DNA of 63,991 nt, counting the filler, from Octopus bimaculoides (lineage: Eukaryota): NCBI RefSeq assembly GCF_001194135.2. It is 5 parts of 5 records of this genome, joined end to end, with 100 filler letters (N's around TTAATTAATTAA, not from the genome) between each part and the next. Parts side by side here need not be neighbours in the genome. Positions count along the whole stretch, not along the records: positions 38,041 to 61,741 come from NC_068996.1; positions 61,842 to 62,853 come from NW_026313361.1; positions 62,954 to 63,991 come from NW_026427738.1; 2 more parts are not named here. One strand, 5' to 3'. Position 1 is the stretch's first letter, and every line of letters begins with the position of its first letter. A model generated the notes under the pieces. That model was given only the letters and a program-made list of their open reading frames with translations. It did not search any database and was not told the DNA's origin. This document shows positions 59,270 through 63,991 of this stretch, piece after piece. Position numbers and translations under genes: made by a program.

Positions 59270-60750
59270 TTGGACTGTTCATGTATTTGTGTGTTACTTG
59301 TAGACTCGAAAACTACTGGACTGATCCTAATAAAATTTGGAATACAAAATCCAAGCCTAGGGAGAAGGGTGATGCTGTATGTTTTATACAATTTTGAGGG
59401 AGCAAAAAGGGGGTCAAAAGGGGGCCAAACCCCTCATGAAAATTCATATGCTTCAGATTTTGATGAAATTTGAACCATAAGGTATAAGAAATAAATTTTA
59501 AAATATACCCAAAATTTCCATTTCTTTGGATGATTCTAAGACCCCCTAATAGGGGCTTAACCAACAAATTTTAGTCATTTTTCATGGACCAAAATTACTG
59601 AGTGGATCTGTATGATATTCGGAACTTAGATTCAATGCATAAGTGCAGGTAAGATGCAGTATGTTTGGTTTGAATTTGAGGGCGCTTAAAGGGGGCAAAA
59701 CCCCCCATGAAAATTCATAAATTTCTGATGTTGAAATTTCAACCATAGGTAATTGATACAAATCAAGAAGTATTCCCAAAGTTTCTGCTTTTCATGGGGA
59801 TTCTAAGACCCCCTAATGGGGGGGGGGGCCTTATCTCCAAAATTTTAGTCATTTTTCATGGACCAAAACTAGGTCAAAAGTACTGAATGGATTGTTATGA
59901 AATTTGGAAATTATATTCTATGCATAAGGACAGATGTAATACAGTATATATTTGAAAATATTGGGGTATAAAGGAGACCCTAACCCCCAAGAAAATTCAT
60001 ATATTTATGCTGTTGATGAAATTTTAACCATAGATATTAGACACAAATAAAGTAATATTCCTAAAATTTCAACTTCTTAGGAGATTAGTAAGACCCCTTA
60101 ACCCCCGCAATTTAGTCATTTTTTCTATGCCAAGATGAATAATATTGTAGTTTAGAAACTGTAGAGTCACCCAAGGATACAAGATGAGCATTATTTGTAT
60201 TTCAATTGTATAACAGTGTAAGAGTTTGCTTTGAGATGTACTTAGACTGTGATTTCTGCAATGTGGTGCATAAACTGTCAAGTAAAAGAGAGGCATATTT
60301 GCCTCCACTGATTCAGTTGCGAAGTGTTATTTGGTAAAGTTATTTGGTTGCAGACCTCCTTTAAGTCTTTTTATTATCACTGAATCAGAGATACTCAACA
60401 ATTCAACTTCTCTGGTTGACTTTAAGATGCACCGCCCCTAATAGGGGTCTTAACTCACACATTTTAGAGCTCCATGTGCTCCATTTATCAGGAGAAAAAA
60501 CCTTTGAATGGGTTTTATAAGATTTGGATTTTGGAAACTGGGCATAAAGATGAGTAGTATGGGATAAATATGTTATGATTAGAATTTATGTTAAGGTGTA
60601 TAAAGAGGGAAAGGACCCCCATTAAAATTCTTAATCTCCAATTTTGATGAAATTCAAATTATAGGTATTCCAGTTCATTAGAGAAAATATAAAAGAAAAG
60701 TCTAATTCTTCAATTCCATGTATTCCAGCAACTCCAAGTATCTCTGCTAA
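59270..60750 (+). mobile_element. Non-autonomous Helitron-like element with ~283-bp internal tandem units
   Basis: Units start ACTACTGGACTGATCC (~59313), TTACTGAGTGGATC (~59597), GTACTGAATGGATT (~59880), plus a partial fourth after an insertion; ends GCAACTCCAAGTATCTCTGCTAAAT, resembling the Helitron 3' end at 62806-62829. Confidence 0.6.
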
Positions 60751-60822
60751 ATATATACAGACATACATACATACACACAACTTCAAATCTCAGTGTTTGA
60801 ATGTTTCATTTATATATATATA

Positions 60823-60873
<51 letters not shown>

Positions 60874-60934
60874 ATGTATATACAAATATATAAAAACACT
60901 ATGCTCACTATTATATGAGGATATATATATAAGC

Positions 60935-61115
60935 ACCCATTACACTCTCGGAGTGGTTGGCATTAGGAAGGGCATCCAGCCATAGAAAACCATGCCAAAT
61001 CAGACTGGCGTCTGGCACAGCCTTCCACCATGCTAGCCCAGTCAAACCATCCAACCCATGCCAGCATGGACAATGAATGTTTAAATGATGATGATAATGA
61101 TAATGATGATGATGA
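60935..61115 (+). mobile_element. Retroposon family C 3' end
   Basis: GGAAGGGCATCCAGC...GCATGGACAATGAATGTTTAAATGATGATGAT. Confidence 0.75.
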
Positions 61116-61384
61116 TGATATATATGTACATATATATGACCATGTGACTGACCAGACTATTAGATGTTACCACATCACTGGTCACACTGCACTTTGTATT
61201 ATTTTGGTCTTCAAATGACACCACCCAGCTGGCCAGGTGAATAGGTCAACATTCCCACTTGACTGAAAGGGAGATTGGAGCCTTGTGAAAACACAATGCA
61301 CCACCTTGCTGAGAAGTGAACTCACGATCTAGCAATCATGAGTGCAACAGGCCATGCACCTTCACTACATATATATACATATAC

Positions 61385-61741
61385 ATACATACATACATAC
61401 GGAAATGTGCTGTGCATCAGAAGACCCGGCAAGCCAAGTAAGATCGTTGCCAGTGCCCCTGGACTAGCTCTTGTGCGGGTGGCACATAAGATGCACCATT
61501 TTGAGCGTGGCCGTTGCCAGTACCGCCTGACTGGCTTCCGTAGGATTTTCGAGCGAGATCGTTGCCAGTGCCCCTGGACTGGCTTGTGCGGGTGGCACAT
61601 AAAAGACACCATTTCGAGCGTGGCCGTTGCCAGTATCGCCTGACTGGCCTTCGTGCAGGTAAAAGCACCTACTACACTCTCTGAGTGGTTGGCGTTAGTA
61701 AGGGCATCCAGCTGTAGAAACTCTGCCAAATTTAGATTGGA
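61385..61741 (+). mobile_element. Retroposon family C with an internal ~117-bp tandem duplication
   Basis: AGATCGTTGCCAGTGCCCCTGGACT at ~61440 and ~61556; tail GGGCATCCAGCTGTAGAAACTC. Confidence 0.75.
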
Positions 61742-61841
61742 NNNNNNNNNNNNNNNNNNNNNNNNNNNNNNNNNNNNNNNNNNNNTTAATTAATTAANNN
61801 NNNNNNNNNNNNNNNNNNNNNNNNNNNNNNNNNNNNNNNNN

Positions 61842-61882
<41 letters not shown>

Positions 61883-62099
61883 GTATATAGAGAGAGAGTC
61901 AGAGGGAGAAAGATATAGAAATATAAATAAGATATATGCATATATACATACATATATGCACATACTTGCATATAGAATACATATATGTGCATATTATATA
62001 TATGTATATACATATGCATATATGGGCACAGGATGCCACAGAACGTAAACAACACGAAATACGAAAGCATGGAATACGAACTTTATTTTACAAAGAACG

Positions 62100-62828
62100 A
62101 AAGAAACAAAAGGAAAACAAGACAAGCAACATAGAATAAAACGACATTTCATCAACTGTTTTCAGATATGATCCATCCCATTCTTATAAAAATGATAACT
62201 CTGTCCAAATTGGTGTGCTAAACCCAAATTATCTTTTCTGTAAAGCTTTAAAATTTTCAAATGAAACAAATGGTATGTGCTGCTCAGGCGGCCAGGTAAC
62301 ATTGCCAGCACTAACAGCTCCTTCTCAACATTCTTATGGATATTCTAGACGGCATTTCTAACCAGTCAAAGGATTTTCTGAACTATATCAGACACTACAA
62401 CGCTGAAAATGGCATCGTTCGGGGCTTTTAAGAAGATAGTTAAACATGAATTTACGCCGACGTCAAAGTTCAAGAGCAACTCTATCACCTTATTGGTTCC
62501 TTGTCACTCGCAAATGAACAACCACAGTTCCTCCAAATTTACTTTACGAGTGGTGTAGGACAACGAACGCGAAGGCGGTGTCGACATTTCAGATGATGGG
62601 TCGTGTTAGACACAGCGCCGACAGCTGCAAAGGAGAGTATATCCACTGACACCTTCTCGGTGCGTCCATAAATAACACAACACCCACAGGTCAGGGCCTG
62701 AAATACTCCAAACAGACGCATAGCATGTTGCTTAGCACTTTGCCTTATCACCTGTTTCAACATAGCTGTAATATGTTATATACAAACTATGCCATTTAAT
62801 CAGGAGCAACGCCGGGTATCTCTGCTAG
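62100..62828 (+). mobile_element. Internally deleted Helitron, CpG-retaining copy
   Basis: FRYDP...CKALKFSNETNGMCCSGGQVTLP and KVQEQLYHLIGSL...PQFLQIYF (Helitron Rep-helicase N-terminal motifs); 3' end GAGCAACGCCGGGTATCTCTGCTAG|T. Confidence 0.85.
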
Positions 62829-63049
62829 TATATATATATATATATATATATATNNNNNNNNNNNNNNNNNNNNNNNNNNNNNNNNNNNNNNNNNNNNTTA
62901 ATTAATTAANNNNNNNNNNNNNNNNNNNNNNNNNNNNNNNNNNNNNNNNNNNNACAAACACACGCACACACACACATACACACACACGTGCACACACATA
63001 CACACACACGCATGCGCACACACACAGACACACACACTCGCACACACGC

Positions 63050-63620
63050 ACGTGGAGCAGTCCAGAAGTTTTGAAACATTTTTTTTAGGAGAAGCAGTTC
63101 TACTTGTCCTAGATTATTGATGTTATCATATCATCACTCTACATCTAATAAGCTGACCTGCCAACCTTTGTTATTTCCGATTGAAGGGGACAGTTGTAAC
63201 ACCACTTTGAACACACATTTTACTAAACACTGCTTGTCACAACTGATTAGCTTGCAGAATGTGCTGGGAGATGAAGATAATTTGAAAGCTGCCTATGCAA
63301 TCAAGTTTTGTGTTAAACAGGACAAAAACGTTATGGAAACTTATGAAATGCTTCCAGACTTCTTATGGAGTAACTTTCTCATTGGCACAAAAGGCTGAAA
63401 AGCGGCAGAGAGGAAGTGAGAGACGATGAGTTATGTGGCCGGGAGCACGACGCCTGAAAATCAGAAAATAAGCAATTTTCTGAATGTATAAAAACAAAAA
63501 GGATACTGTTTGAAGCTGGTGTGGCAACAATACCCAGAATTCTTCACGAAGATCTGAACATGTGCAAAAGTGTTGCAAAGCTTGTTCCCAGGGTGATCAG
63601 TGATGAGCATCCTGGTAACC
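63050..63620 (+). mobile_element. Mariner 5' fragment (HTH region)
   Basis: YAIKFCVKQDKNVMETYEML and WHKRLKSGREEVRDDE. Confidence 0.8.
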
Positions 63621-63732
63621 GACTACTTGACGGTGATTATTAGACTATTTTCTTTAGTCATTGAGTGTTGATCTCTTATAAATTTTAAGGTTATAAAATA
63701 CTATTATTATTTTTTTACAGAATATATATATA

Positions 63733-63804
<72 letters not shown>

Positions 63805-63807
<3 letters not shown>

Positions 63808-63991
63808 AGTTCAAATGTACAGAAAGCAAAAAACAAAGACAGGTGAGAGAACATAAAACAGGTGTATTAGCTTGACGCTAGGGAAGAATGGAAAAGTCTT
63901 TGACGTTTCGAGTCTACACTTTTCGACAGAAAGGAATGAGAGAAAAAGACTGGAGAGAGAGAAAATGTGTCGGGATTAGTGGTTTAACGTG
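63805..63991 (-). mobile_element. Hammerhead-motif repeat, copy E
   Basis: Reverse complement of 63897-63934: CCTTT CTGTCGA A AAGT GTAG ACTC GAAAC GTC AAAGA. Confidence 0.55.

Overview
AT-rich, microsatellite- and transposon-dense animal genomic scaffold with many N gaps. The repeat landscape and assembly style suggest an octopus, probably O. bimaculoides (inference only). Two host genes are supported. (1) A complete, single-exon KAT14/CSRP2BP (ATAC2) acetyltransferase at 2432-4915 (+). (2) Two in-frame internal exons (43123-43245, 46979-47119, +) of a DHRS3-like short-chain retinaldehyde reductase; its first and catalytic exons are not visible and probably lie in gaps or beyond the window. 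The rest is decayed mobile DNA: a hAT/Buster transposase, mariners and MITEs, piggyBac-like MITEs, Helitrons, CR1-, RTE- and REL-type LINE fragments, and several tRNA-derived SINE families. Main leads: (a) five copies of a ~180-bp repeat carrying a minimal type I hammerhead-ribozyme-like motif with a core variant; (b) a compact CpG-rich promoter at 36.65-36.76 kb with ETS, NRF1, nuclear-receptor DR0 and RFX X-box motifs, upstream of the DHRS3-like exons; (c) alternating CpG-retaining and CpG-depleted domains readable from paired repeat copies; (d) a near-perfect 110-bp intronic hairpin and a foldback element built around telomeric repeats. Almost all long ORFs in the supplied track other than KAT14 are artefacts of N runs or microsatellites. 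All family assignments are by eye; no searches were run.
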